DNA of 64,000 bases from Vicugna vicugna (Eukaryota), in the NCBI GenBank assembly GCA_013265495.1, contig MU058844.1:1742941-1806940 (forward strand), in the 5' to 3' direction. Position 1 is the first letter of the stretch, and each line of letters starts with the position of its first letter. The position numbers and the translations under genes were made by a program. A model generated the notes under the pieces. That model made no database searches. It saw nothing but the letters and a program-made list of their open reading frames with translations, and was not told where the DNA came from. Positions 38,431-51,439 of the stretch are shown here, piece by piece.

Positions 38431-38829
38431 CTTGCTAAACATTGTTTTTCAAAAAATAAAGTATCCCTAAAGGAAAAGGAAAATGAATATACACCCCTAG
38501 GGAGTCTGGGGGTGTAGTTCAAATGGAATCACAGCAAGTGTGAAATTTCTTTGAAGTTTCATCTTTTATCTTTAATATGCATACATTCTACTACATAATA
38601 TGTCTCTATTTGTTTTAATATAAAATATGTTTGTTTTCCCAAATCTTTAAGTAAAACTCAAGCCCCAGGAATATGCATGTATTTATTCTGTGGCTTTCTA
38701 GATCCCTCCTGGGTATCCTGGTATAAGCAGCACAGCCATTCACAACACGGTCTCTAAAAAATGAAGCCCTATTGACTTTAATGTGAAATCTCAATTTTCC
38801 ACATTGGTTCTTCAGAGGAAGTCACTTTT

Positions 38830-39030
38830 TAAAATGCCCTTTCAATGCTTCCACAATACTCTGTACTTCCCTTTTACAGCATTCATTGCATTTATAATTA
38901 CTTGTCCAAAGTCTGCCTGCCCCATAAAACTGTAAATTCCATGAAGGAGGGAATCTTTGTGTTGGTTACTTTTTTATCTCTAGCATCTACCTTAGTACTT
39001 AGGAAACAGTGACATCAAACACATCTTTTT
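38830..39030 (+). mobile_element. L2 3' end
   Basis: 'tctgcctgccccataaaactgtaaattccatgaaggaggga'. Confidence 0.65.
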
Positions 39031-41911
39031 AAAATAAATAATTGATATATTTTATTTGCAAAATCTTTTCATACAGAGTCAGAGTAAGGGATGAAAGAGG
39101 TGATAACCTTGCTATAATGTTGCAGGACTTGTACAGATTTGGTATTAAGGCACGTGCTGGAGGTTCAAAAGCTGTGACTTCTAACTCTGCTCCCAGAACT
39201 GATTTATTCAGTGGTTCTAGATAAAGGTTATAGTAAAAATTGAATGGTGACAAAAAAGTGATAAACTTTTCACGGTTTTCACATTCTTATCTGGAATATA
39301 TATACAACCAGACGTCAGGGTTTCAAAAGTACAGGTGCTCACCCCTTGGTATGCATGCAAGTCTACCCAAACAGCCGGAGAGGTAGGTGCTGGCTTATCA
39401 CACAACCACACAACAACACTTCCATGAATCTAGAACCAGTATATGCCAAACTGGTTTAGCAAATGACTAACAACTAAGCGCAGACAGTAATACATCAGTT
39501 TCTTTTGATTTTGTTTTTCTGCAAAGGCAAGAAGAGTCTTGTGCAGAGATTCTGGAGTAGCTGAGAGCAGACCTTGTTAGTGAGAAGTCTGCTGAGAGTC
39601 CAGAACGCCATGATCTTGATGCTGTGACACATCATCAGGAGACGTGTCTCCGGGAAAATTTTGTACCTTTCCCTGGTAAGTTAGGAACCTCCTTCTCTAT
39701 GTTCTTTTAGGACTTTGTACAAACCCTATGGATGCATTTAATTACTTAAGACTCTATTTATCCCACTTACAATTCTTTTAGTGAAGATTCTCTTCAAGAC
39801 AAGTATTTAATCTTACCTACTTTTGTTTCCATAGCCTAGAGACTAGCACATGGCAATTGTTTCATGCATGTTTTTTAACTAACTGAGTGTGTGAGTCATG
39901 TCACTATCTTCTAGGACTTTATGGTTCTCATATAGGTTACTGAGAGCGAATATAAATGCTTAGTTGTATTCAGTAACTGCACAAATGAATTAACTAATTA
40001 CACAACAGCATCCCATGTGGCTTCAGCCACGAAAAAGGGTTTGTTTGATACCCAAAATATTTGAGTTTATGAGCTTTGTGGCACTGGTAATACTTTTCAT
40101 TTTATTGAACCTAGAAGCTCTTCTCTTGGTAAAAAAGAGTCATCTCTCTACTGAAGCTCAGAGATAATGTGAGGACAGAGATGGGACTGCATAGAGAAAA
40201 AGAACGCAATGAAAGTGGTGAGCTAGCATGAGCTGCTGGCCATCCCTAAACGTGAGCTCTGAAAGCTATTTGAGCTGGTGCTTTTTGAAGGTGCAGAGGG
40301 GGATGAGGGACAGTGGTGAGTGTGAAGGAGGCAGATGCAGGACACAGGCAAACCTTTGGTTGGAAGATCTGCTCTTGCTTCTTGGTGTCTGGCACAAGGT
40401 GACTGGCGTGGTCATTGACTACATCATAATCTTACATCCCCTGGACCATTCTGCTGCAGCTCGTGCCCACAGGGCAGTATATGCAAAGCCTTCCTCTGCG
40501 AGGAGTTGATAAAAGCAATTGCAAAGTTAAAAGCCCCCTCTTGAGCATTTCCTCTTACACTCCTTGCCTCCCAAACCTCCCAGGCTGATGGGTTATAACC
40601 TGCGGAGGTCTTGCCTCCCCATACTACTTCTCCAAATGTCTTTAAAGGTGAAGCTGAGGCTGGAGGATTTCCCTGGGGGAGCAGGTCTGTGGTGCTAGGA
40701 GCTCTCTGCATTAAGCTTTATCCTCCCTCATCTTTGCAAACTTACTACCACGTTACAGACTAAAGTTCTTTAATATTAGGCTTAGATTTAGGTCCCTCCC
40801 AAACATTCAGGATCCAAAAAGAAAAGCTAAATGTGAAGTCACAAGATAAACTGAATCTCGAGGAATACTTAATTATAAAAGAAAGGTAAAAACTGAACAA
40901 CGTGTACTTCTATACTATCTGAAGTAGAATTAGAATAGTTTCTGAAGCAGAGCTATTGAAACAGATGGGCCAAAAATGTAAAATAGTGATGACAAATACA
41001 TCAAAGAATATAAGGGATGATACTAGCAATAACAAGCAAGTAAAAAAAAAATCACAAAAAAAGCAATTACAAATGTCAGGTATGACTATAATAGCTGAGA
41101 CAGAGAAGCCAGTAGATGAGATTTTAAAGAGAACATGAACCTAACTGGGGAAGAAAATGGTGAGCTGGAAGATCAGAGGACAGCAGGAAAGGAAATAAAA
41201 GCTAAGAAATACGGTGAGAATGAGTAGTAGAACCAACATTAGAAACAACAGGAGTTGAAGGAGAGAAAAAAATAAAAAAGAAGAGAAGGAAATAACTTGG
41301 AAATACTGGAGATAAATTCAGAGTTAATGAGATATAAAGTGTTAACTGAAAGAGCTCCTGGAGAGCTTAAGCAGAAAGGACAGAGGATGCATGAGAGTGA
41401 CATTAGAGAATATCAAAGTCCAAAGAAATCTATCAGCTTTCAGAGGGGAAAAGCAGACTACCTCTGGAAGAGTAAGAATTAGAATCAGTCAGATTTCTCC
41501 ACAGACACAATGAAACCTAGACAATAAAGGAACAGCAGCTTAAGGGTTAAAGGAAAAGAAGTCAGGAACTGAGTCAGTTACCACCAAAACTGTTATTTCT
41601 TTCCAAAGTGAAGGCACAATAAAGGTATTTTCAGGTATAAGACCTCATAGGCTTTGCCAAAGACCCAGTCGAAACACCTAGGGAAATTCTCATTAAGAAA
41701 ACAGTCCAGGAGATGTTCCAGAAGCATGTAAAGTTGAGGTGATACAGTTATTGCTAATTAAAATTCCAGGTAACATCAATAAAACAGTAAAGGAGCGATC
41801 AACTTTATATTATAGTATGCTAAAAAGCTTGTCTTATTAGGGGAAAATAGATATCTGTAGATTAAAGAAATAAATAGAGTTAAATAATTGTAAGTAAAGA
41901 TAGTAAGAGCA

Positions 41912-42003
41912 GGGGAGGGTATGGCTCAAGTGTTAGAGCTCATACTCAGCATACACATGGTCCTGGGTTCAATCCCCAGTACCTCCTCTAAAAATAAATA
42001 AAT
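41912..42003 (+). mobile_element. Camelid tRNA-derived SINE (Vic-1-like) with TSD
   Basis: GGGGAGGGTATGGCTCAAGTG (A box), GGTTCAATCC (B box), A-rich tail; TSD aagatagtaagagca (41897-41911)/aagatag-aagagca (42004-42017). Confidence 0.9.
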
Positions 42004-42301
42004 AAGATAGAAGAGCAACCATTAAAAGAACAAAAACAGAATATATCATTTTTAAGCAAGTAAAAAGGTGCTCAAGGTGTCTAATAAAAAATAAGAAGTG
42101 AAAAAAAGAAACAGAAAGAAAGTACCATATATGAATAATTTAAAATATAATAGAAATAATTTGATGTGACTATAGATATAATAAATTTAAATTTTTGGAA
42201 CTACTCCTTGATGACAGAGACTATCATACTGGGTCTAAAAAACAGAAAGAGGTATGTATATAAAAAGAGACATACTCTTAATAAAAAAACACAGAAAACT
42301 G

Positions 42302-42829
42302 TGTATTTATTTTCTATTGCTTCATAACAAATTGCCTCAAACTTAGTGGCTTCAAACAGCGCACATCTTTTACCTAAGTTTCTGTGGGTGAGGCATCTGG
42401 GAATGTTTTAACTGGGTTCCTCAGATCAGGGTCTCACCAGACTGCCTGGATTTTTGCCCAAGGAAGATCCACTTCCAGGCTCATTCTGGTTGCTGAAAGA
42501 ATACATTTCCTGTGACTATGTGACTGAGGGCTCAGGTTTCTTACTGGCTGTGGCTGGAGGGCACTCTCAAGTGCTAGGGGCCCCCCACAGTTCCTTGCCA
42601 TGTGGACCTCTCCACAGGCAGTTCTCATCATGGCTGTTGGCTTATCCAAGGGCATCAGGAGAATCTCTCTCAGCCTGAGTCTTATAAAACACTCACAGGA
42701 GTGACAGCCCATCAACTTTGCCATAGTCTCTTAAATAGAAGCAAGTCACAGATTTCTCCTGCACCCAAGGGGAAAGAATCACACAAGACTGTGGATCACT
42801 GAAGGTCACTTTAGTATGTTTCTGCCACA
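42302..42829 (-). mobile_element. MLT1D/E-like MaLR solo LTR
   Basis: 'tattttctattgcttcataacaaattgcctcaaacttagtggcttcaaaca'; ends 'tctgccaca'. Confidence 0.8.
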
Positions 42830-43479
42830 CTTGGAAATAAAAAATCATAAAGTCACAAGAAATACATGCAGATCAAAGGAAGGCATATCTAGGAAAACTC
42901 GTAATTTATCAGGGAGCATATGAATGGAAAACAAAAATCTTAGCTTATACACTTGAAGACAGTATTTATCTAAACCTTTGCACAATACTCAAAGTGATAA
43001 GAATTATCCAGAGTCAATTTAAGAAAAAAAAAACAAAAAAAAGGTAGCAACCATTACAAAAAATAACTATTTTAATTAAAAAGGTAAGGGGAAAATACAG
43101 TAAAACAGATAAAGAGTAGACCATAGCCTCCAAATGTTTAAAAAAAAAAAGTAGATATTAATAAAGCCAGAGCTACAGTTAAGGAGTTTACTGACTTTCA
43201 TCAGAGGAGGAATTGGAAGTCAAGACCAAAACCAAAAATATGTAATTTTCTATCACCTAAATATATAATCAAGCTTTAGAAAGCTGTTTAGTAAACTATA
43301 TATAGTTTATATCTCAAAGTGTAGGTTGTTCAGTTGTTTCTAGTTAACCTTTTTGCTTTTTTTTTTTTTTACAGTCAAACAGGTGGTGTTAGACATAAAT
43401 ATAAACACACTTGCAGAACACAGTGTGGATCTTAGAGCAGGTAGGTGCTTTGGGGGGCCTGGTAGGGCTCTATTTTCAT

Positions 43480-44720
43480 CTGGAGCTGCTATACATCCCA
43501 TACTATACACCCTTCTGCACTTTCCCTTCTTAGAAAAATTCTCTGAAGGCTTGTCTATACCTGCTATCTCCAATGCTTATTCCCTTCTTCCTTGAACCCA
43601 CTTCAGCCAGGCCTTTACTCCACAACCGCAGGTAAACTGTTCTGGTCCAAGTTACTAAGAACACACTCTATTTTGCTAATCTAACGTCAGTCCTCAGTAC
43701 TCATCTTACTAGACCTGTCAGTAGCATTTAACACGCTTGATCATGCCCTCCTTCTTGAAACACAGGTTTCATTTGGCGTCCAGGACACTTACTCTGGTGG
43801 GTTTCCACCCCCTACCTTACTGGTCAGTCCTTCTCAGTCTCCTATGCTGGATCCTCCTCCTTTAAGCAAATTCGTCCTGTTGATGTGCCACCCAGAGCTT
43901 CATCACTTGCCCTTTGCTTTATCTGTACTCTCTCCTTTAGTGAGCTCATTCACTCTGACATACTGGGGACCCTTGAATTGAGACTTCCAGGCCCCCAACA
44001 GTGGCCTCACTTTCTGATCGACACTTTAAATAACGCTGATACTCATCATTTAGTTGCTTGCACTGTGCCTTTTGCCTGAAAGGTCCTATTTCCCTGACTA
44101 ATATATAGGGCTGCTCTCTGGTTGCTTTTTCTCCAAGGTGTCCATCAGCCTCTATCTGCCTTAGATGCCTTGCTATGGACTGAATTGTTTCCTCCTAAAA
44201 TTCCTTTATTGAAACCCTAATTTCCAATAGGACTATATTTGGAGATAGGGATTATAAGGAGGTAACAAGGTTAAATAAGGTCACAGGAGTGAGGCTCTAA
44301 TCCAATAGGATTGTGTTGTTTACAAAAAAGAGGAAGAAAGACCAAAGGGCCTCTCTTGTGCTCTCTCCACTATGTGAAGACAAAGCAAGAAGGCAGCCCT
44401 CTGCAAGTCAGAAAGAGAATCTGAACTCTGCTGGCAACTTGATGTTGGATTTTCCAGCCTCTAGAGCTAGGAAAAAATTAATTTCTTTAGTTGAATACAC
44501 TCAGTCAATAGTGTTTTGTTCACAGCAGCTTGAGCTGACAAATAAACACCTTTCCTGGGCTCTGATGACATCCTTTGTTTTACTCTATCACAGCCTTTAG
44601 TCCACTGCATTATAATTGTTTACTTACTTTTCATTCTCCTCCAATAAACTGTGACATATTCGAGTTCAGGTTAAATTTTATTCATTTGTTTTCTAACAAT
44701 CAGAGTAGCTACTGTACTTT
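43480..44720 (+). mobile_element. L2 (L2a-like) split by MLT1A
   Basis: 'ctcatcttactagacctgtcagtagcatttaacacgcttgatca..ccctccttcttgaaacac' L2 RT-region motif; 3' end resumes after 44548. Confidence 0.75.
44171..44548 (+). mobile_element. MLT1A-like MaLR solo LTR
   Basis: starts 'tgctatggactgaattgt'; 'tatttggagataggg'; 'ttccagcctctagagct'. Confidence 0.85.
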
Positions 44721-44873
44721 TGCCACTGAGTTGACTTAATACTAGACTCTGGGAGAGGGGCAGTTTTGTGAAAGCTTAGGCCTGACAATTCTTTCCCAGA
44801 TAGAAACTTAATTCCTACACAGTTAATTTCTACATAGAAGTGGACCTTAGCAAAACCAATGAGCAGGACATTT

Positions 44874-44896
44874 CCCTCTCTCTCTCTTCTTCTTCT

Positions 44897-44931
<35 letters not shown>
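44874..44931. repeat. (CT)n(CTT)n plus ~33-nt poly(T) tract
   Basis: direct read. Confidence 0.95.
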
Positions 44932-44932
<1 letters not shown>

Positions 44933-45979
44933 GTATTTGCTGATAATTTCAGTGAACTTCCAGTCAAGAACCTAGAGTTTTGGCCTGAAAAGAATGGAAA
45001 ATAAATTTTATCTGGAAGAAAGGTAAAGGGCAACTCTTACGAATTTATTAATTCTTGTGAAAGATAAGACTTTGAGTGTATAGGTATCCTAATGGGCCCT
45101 TCTGGGAGTTAAGGGTTTCAAATTAAACTCCCACAGAGAGGAATTCAGGCGTTCATTTATTCTACCATTTGTTAATTTAACAAATAAGTACTATGTCCTA
45201 GACAATGAGCTAAATTTTGAGAATACAGTATTGAATAAAATGGATACAGCACCTACTCTCATGGAACTCACAATATTTGATCTGAGTACCTATTCATCTT
45301 TTATTTTGTTCATGTAAGTTTTGGAAAATACTCAACAAATATGACGTTTATTGTTAATACAATTGCTATAAAAATGCCATTCTGATAATAGTTAGCCAGC
45401 AGGTTTAGCTAGTCCTTAAAATGAGTTTAAGATGAAAAACCATTACAAGCACCAGAAGGAAGGCACATCTGCTGCACTCCGTGGTAGAGACGTGTCTTTC
45501 GATCTTCGTATTGCTTCCGCATATCACAGTGGCTGGCATATAGGCACTGTTGAATGTGTGTGTTTGTTGAAATGAACTGTCATCCTATTTCTTATAGCTA
45601 GAGAATACACGTTCAATTTATGTAACAGTGATGGCAATTTATTTATATATAAATTGGAAGGAAATCGTTTTCAGACATAACCATATTTCATATCCAGGAA
45701 AAAGTACCACTCAGAGCACACATTTCAGATTGAAGTTAAAACATTTTCAAAGAGGTCAGCTACTTAATGTGACTTTTCCACACCTGTTTTAACTGGAGTT
45801 AATGAGGGCTGCCACTGTCCTGTTCATATCTAAAGTCAATTACTATAATAACAATTTGTGGATTCACAAGTTAGTGATTTAGCTAGGTGATTTTTTTTTC
45901 AGTATCACAGTTGTTTAATTAAAGGCCTTTGTCATTCAACAGACTGCATGCTAACTTCTGATATTTCAAGACTGAAAGT

Positions 45980-46680
45980 GCTGTGAATATTTCTTGAATC
46001 CATCCCTTCCTTTCTCACGTCACCTCTTCCCTGTTCTAAGCCACTATCTCTGTACTAGAGACTAATGAGATACCCTCCTCTGCCTTCCTTCCTAGCCATC
46101 TTCAGCAACACAGCCAAAGTGACCTTCCAAATGAGCACACATGACCTGGATACTCATCTCCAAAAACTCTTCATGGATTTCCACTGCTTAAAAGACAAAA
46201 TCCCAAATGCCTAACATGTCACAAAGTACTCAGAATTTGGCCTCAGTCTCCTCTACAACCTCATCCTTGAGGCTCTGCTCCCCACTCATTATACCACAAA
46301 CCAAATATTTTCTTTTCCTTTAAATTTTCAATCACTTTACTTCTTAGGGCTTTGCAAATTTCATTTCCTTTCTGTAGGACACAGTGCTTTTCAGTTTCTG
46401 TTCAACTAACCTGTACTCTGCTTTTAATTTCAGCTCAAATATCATTTCTTTCAGAATGCCTCCCCTCTCTGTTCCCATCTCCAAAACTAAATTAGGTCTT
46501 TTTATAATACACTTTCATGGTTCATCTATATTTCCTTCATAGAACTTAACTTGGATTGTAATTATATAATTTCTTAATGTGTTTAATATTTATCTGCCCT
46601 TCTAGGTAGCTTGGGATCATATTCCTAGTTTCTAGCAAAAAATAATTCTATAGAAAAATCAACATATTTGGTATATGAAT
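45980..46680 (+). mobile_element. L2 3' region
   Basis: 'cagccaaagtgaccttccaaa', 'cttcatggatttccactgc', 'tcagctcaaatatcattt'. Confidence 0.7.
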
Positions 46681-47169
46681 GGAGCAGCAAGAGTCATTGG
46701 CACAGAAAATGAAAGTTACACCCGTAGTATGGATGAGCTCCCTTAGAATTTGACAATGGCAAAGAGAAAAGAGGATGTTAACTTGGGTTTGCTAATCCTA
46801 CAATAAAGGAAATACGAATTGACAGTAGGAAGAGACATGCTCACTAGCCAGGAGAATCTTAACAATTTTACTTAGGATTTGCATATGATAATAAAACTTT
46901 TAAAACAAGGTTTTGTTATACAAAAGAAATACATAATTATAGATGATATTTTTGAGAGCTTACTATACTGAGTACTTAACATTGATAATTGCAGGCAGTC
47001 CTTTCAATGACCCCATGAGATAGGTACCATCTGGCAGATGAACATAATAAAGAGCAGTAAGTGGCAGAACCTGGGTTTGAAAACCTAGACAGTCTAATTC
47101 CAGGGTAGGTGAAGCCACCATGCTATTGTGTTAATTTGAACACACAGCAAACCACAATTTAAATCCCCT

Positions 47170-47470
47170 GTATTTCATTAATTTGCTCAAATATGTTTTG
47201 AGAATCTATTGTGTACCAAATATTCCTGTAGGCTCTGAAGATTCAGCAGTGATCAAAAAAGACAACTTTACTGCTCTCATGTTGCTTACATTCTGGTAGG
47301 GAAGGTAACCGATAAACTCACAGATAAGTAAATAATGTAACTTCAGCTACTGATCTTTGTAAATAAAATATAGTAGAGTTTTTCCATGTGACTAGAGTGG
47401 GGTATTGAGTTTAGATGGATGATCAAGGTAGGGATTTCTTAGGTGAAGGCCTTGGAGCTAGTATAAATTT
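47170..47470 (-). mobile_element. L2 3' end
   Basis: 'caaatatgttttgagaatctattgtgtacca...ctgctctcatgttgcttacattctggtaggg'. Confidence 0.7.
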
Positions 47471-48299
47471 GATGGAAGATAATTAAGTTTACTGCACAAA
47501 AGTCTCAAGACCTGGTTTTAATTTCCACTTCACTATCCAGTGACATAGTTCCCACTGGTAAAACTGTGTTATGTTATAACTAAAAATATTATCGATCTTC
47601 TACTTGAAGAGAAGTGAAACTGGCTACGAATTGATTATTTCCAGAGTACTTGGTCATTCGTGCTTGGGAGGACTTCCTGGGAGTGACAAGTCCTTGGAAA
47701 CTTGAAAAGATACTGAGGACTGTGCCTAAAAACGTCAACAATAAACAATGCTGCAAATAGTGTGAGAAATAAGGAAGTACTAAAATCTGAGTAAATGTTA
47801 ACTCCATTTTGAACAAAATCATTTCCTTTTCATGTATAATGATTCTGCATTGATAAAAGTCCTGGACCATCCCAGGCTCTCAGCTATACACTCTGCTAAA
47901 TTTTGATCCTAAACTATATTTGCTCTCCAGTCATAGAAACTGCCATTGTTAGAGGCATTTTGATAGACTTTATAATAAAAGATAAATGTTCTACCATGGA
48001 AGGAAAAGTACTCTTTAATTTAGAAATGGTAGGGGAAAAAAGTATTCTCTAGATTTCTTATTTTACAGTTTCTTTCAGTTAATGAAAAAAAATGACAAAT
48101 TCCCCATGAAGTTTTGAAACAGCTAAAAGTGGAAAGCAACATTAGCTAATGCAATAAAATATAATATATGATTAATTATTGAGCACACGTTCCTGAATTA
48201 GACACTACTGGAGGTTAGGGACATGAGCAACTTCACTGAGGGAGAAAATTGAATTTAGCAGGCATAAGCTCCCTCCGGTGTCATGACTCAAACTTGACT

Positions 48300-48575
48300 A
48301 TAATAATAATATAATAGCCATCATTTATTAAGTGCATACTATGTGTCCAGCACTAGGAAGTGATTTACATATATTATCACATTTGTTCTTGGTAGGAGCC
48401 CTTTGAAGGAGAGACATCAAAATCATTACTTTCATTTTGTAGATGAGGATACTGGGGCTCACCCAGGTTAGGCAATTTGCCCACGTGCTCACTACTGGTG
48501 AGTGGCAGAGTTGAATGCAAACCCATTCTGTGTGATTTGAAAGCATACACGCCCAACCACTGCACCTACTGCTTC
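48300..48575 (-). mobile_element. MIR SINE, near full length
   Basis: 'catttattaagtgcatactatgtgtccagcact...cattttgtagatgaggatactgggg...aaccactgcac'. Confidence 0.85.
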
Positions 48576-48799
48576 TTTTCTATGATTAAATTTCTGCCTG
48601 TTTCTAATGTAACTTTCCTCTGGTTAAATACTACTGATTCTGCATATTCCTAAATTTCAATAGAATTCATGCTACTGTGTGTGCAAAATGGAAACTAGAA
48701 AGGCAATGCATTTCTTTTAATATAAAGCTAAATATGTTATTAAGGATATTCCTTCTTCTAGATTATATTTTTCTTTCCTTTTTAGTTGTAGAGTGCTAT

Positions 48800-49035
48800 T
48801 ATTATTTGGTGGTTAAAACTGTGATATAAAATTTCCCTAGGTTAAACCCTAGCCAAATGTCATAGCATCTGTGCAGTCTTGGACAATTTTACATCTTTCT
48901 GAGCCTCAGTATGCTCAACTCTCAACTGTAAAATGGGAAGAATGGTGCTAATCATACAGGTTGTTTTAATAATGGAAAGAGATGATGCCTAAAAGGTACT
49001 CTGCAGACTGGTGCATAGTAAGTGCTCATGAAATG
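48800..49035 (+). mobile_element. MIR SINE, near full length
   Basis: 'gtggttaaaac...ctgagcctcagt...ctgtaaaatggga...catagtaagtgctca'. Confidence 0.8.
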
Positions 49036-49079
49036 CCTGCCTCTCCAGTAAAAGCATTTACTTTTAAGAAATGATAGTG

Positions 49080-49810
49080 TTAATAGAAAGAACTTTGCAC
49101 AGTTTATTTATTCTTTTGACTATTGAATAGATTATGCACTCATATGATCCAAGATTCAAAAAGTTCCAAAATGTCCCATCCTTGACACCAGCTACCACTA
49201 ATTTCTCTTCCCTGAAGGCACCCATTGTTATCATATTTTTCTCATGTACTTTCAAAGATATTCTATGCAAATGCAAGAAAATACATGTTGGTGTGTATAT
49301 TCTATTTCTCCTCTTTTTGCCCAGCTGGTTGCATACAATATCTACTGTTCTAGAATTTCTCTTTAAAATAAATAACAGTATACAAACAGGTTCATCATTG
49401 TTTTTATGTATTCTCTGTGTTACAGTCTATTAATATCAAGTTACATTAACTTATTAACTAGTCCTCTGCGTCTTTAGGTTGCTTCCAGTATTTTGCTACA
49501 AAAATCAATGTCCAGTAACCAACCTTGTATGTAGGTCATTTTATACATATGTGATATTTATCAAAAACTTTTCTAGAAGGAGAACTTCTGAGTAAACTGG
49601 TATCAATGCGTGTAATTTTGATGGATTTTGCTATCAATCAATTAATCAATTAAAACTCCTTCTAGCAATATATCCAAATTCCTGTTATCCCTCTTCTTCA
49701 TCAGTATGTTATACTGTTCAATCTTTGCCTATGTAGTAGTGAAAAATGGGATCTCAGTATATGCCTACTTTATTTGTCCCTTATGAGTGAAATTGAGTGA
49801 ATTATTTTCC
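49080..49810 (-). mobile_element. Old L1 (L1ME-like) 3' region
   Basis: 'tttaggttgcttccagtattttgctac', 'ttctagaaggagaacttctgagtaaa'. Confidence 0.65.
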
Positions 49811-49814
49811 ATTT

Positions 49815-50280
49815 GTGTTAGGCACAATTCAGAAGATGTCTTCTTAAAATTCTCATCTCTGCCATAAAGATAACCTAATTGAACACTAATTTAGGCACTG
49901 TCGTGGACTTGGCAGATATAATTAAAGTCACTAATCAACTGGCTTTTAAAAAGGGAGATTGTCCTGGATTATCTGGGTGAGTCCAACTTAGTTACACAAG
50001 TCCTTGAAAAAAGAAGGAAGACAAAAGAGTCAATCAGAGAAATGCAGCCAAAGAGGTGGATAAATAAGGCAGAAGAGGAAGTCAGAGAGAATTAAAGCCT
50101 GAGAAGGACCCAACCCGCGTTTGCTGCCTTTTGACGATGGAGGGAGAGGGTATGAGCCAAGGAGCAGAGACTCTGAGAACAGCCCCTAGTTCACAACCAG
50201 CAGGGAAATGAGGTCCTCAGTCTAACAGCCACATACAGCTGAACTCTGACAACCACCTGAATGTGTTTGGAAGCTTCAGA
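49815..50280 (+). mobile_element. MLT1E-like MaLR LTR, 3'-truncated
   Basis: 'gggagattgtcctggattatctgggtgag', 'ctgaactctgacaaccacctgaatg'. Confidence 0.75.
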
Positions 50281-51360
50281 ACCATATACTGAAAAGAGTG
50301 AATTTTAATATATGTAAAGTTTACCTCAATAAAAACAAAACAGGGACAGATGAAATCTATGCTTAGGTAAAGAAGTGACAGAATATTTTTACAACATGCA
50401 AGGTAAGAAATATGAGACACATACTTTTTATATTCTTCAAATGTAAGACCATTGACAACCAATCAAATAAAGTTATGAACGAGCTGGCCATCTGGGAACA
50501 TCATTCCTACAAGCTTTTCCTTAGGAATCTACTAGAGAATGAGCTTCTTCCACTATAAAATGACTAGAGATACTCCATCATAAGGTCCGTGGGATGCAAA
50601 CTGAATATATTTAACTGTAGAACCAAGACAAAAAGATAAAAATAATTCGTGACAGAATGGTATGTAAATGAAATACACTCTAAGAAAAGAGATATTCCAC
50701 AACTAACAAAAACATGAGAAGGGAGACTTCGTGGAAAGTAGAATTAGCTCCCTGGTATTTTCATAGCTATTAATAAGGCAGTACAGTATAACTTGATATT
50801 CACAAATCAAGTAGAAATTAAGTACACTTAAGAATAAAAACATGAAAACTAAAATTACACCAATGATTAAAACTGGAGAACGAGAAAGAGGAGAGAAGAA
50901 AGAGGAGTGGAGAAAGAAGCAGATATTGCTTAATTTCAATATCACTCACAGTAAAAACTAAAAGGAATAGGGGACTAAAGGTATTATAAAAATTATTAGT
51001 ATAAAGGTAACTACTAAAGCAAAAATATATGTCTTCTAAATATCAAAAGAAATAACAAAACTATACAGAAATGAAATGGCAAAGTGAAAGATATTTAAAA
51101 AAAAAAGAAACAGTATTGTAGAACTAAGACTAAACCTATCAGTTACGTCTGTAATGTGAGCTTATTGCACATATTACAAGAAAAAAAATTTTAGTTGGGC
51201 TAACAAAGCAAAATCCAACTCAAGACTCTGTAAAGAGATACACTTAAAGACATTTAGATGGTTAAAATAAAAAGAATTGGCAAAGAAATAGGCAAATGTT
51301 AAGTACAAAAAAATGAGTCATGATGTTAGTAACAGATAAAATAAAATTCAGGCCAAAAGA
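50281..51360 (+). mobile_element. Old L1 fragments (short 3' end, then A-rich ORF1/ORF2-junction-like sequence)
   Basis: 'tatgtaaagtttacctcaataaaa'; 'gtaaagagatacacttaaa', 'cagataaaataaaattcaggccaaaa' (ORF2 EN region). Confidence 0.55.
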
Positions 51361-51439
51361 AAAAACAGCTTGCTTTGGAGCATTATGCCAATTCTATATG
51401 TAGAATGAAGTCCTCTCTTATTTCAGAATTTCAGCTATT

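Larger units (their letters stand above)
40830..42900 (+). mobile_element. Very old L1 (L1M5-like) ORF1 to ORF2-start remnant, interrupted by a SINE and an MLT1
   Basis: A-rich; 'attagaatcagtcagatttctccacagacacaatgaaacctagacaa' resembles ORF1 IRLxxDFS..TM motif; 'aagagacatactct' resembles ORF2 EN QETHL. Confidence 0.6.

Noticed and set aside
41912..41990. tRNA gene
   Set aside because: A/B boxes present but followed by an A-rich tail and flanked by a TSD, indicating a SINE.
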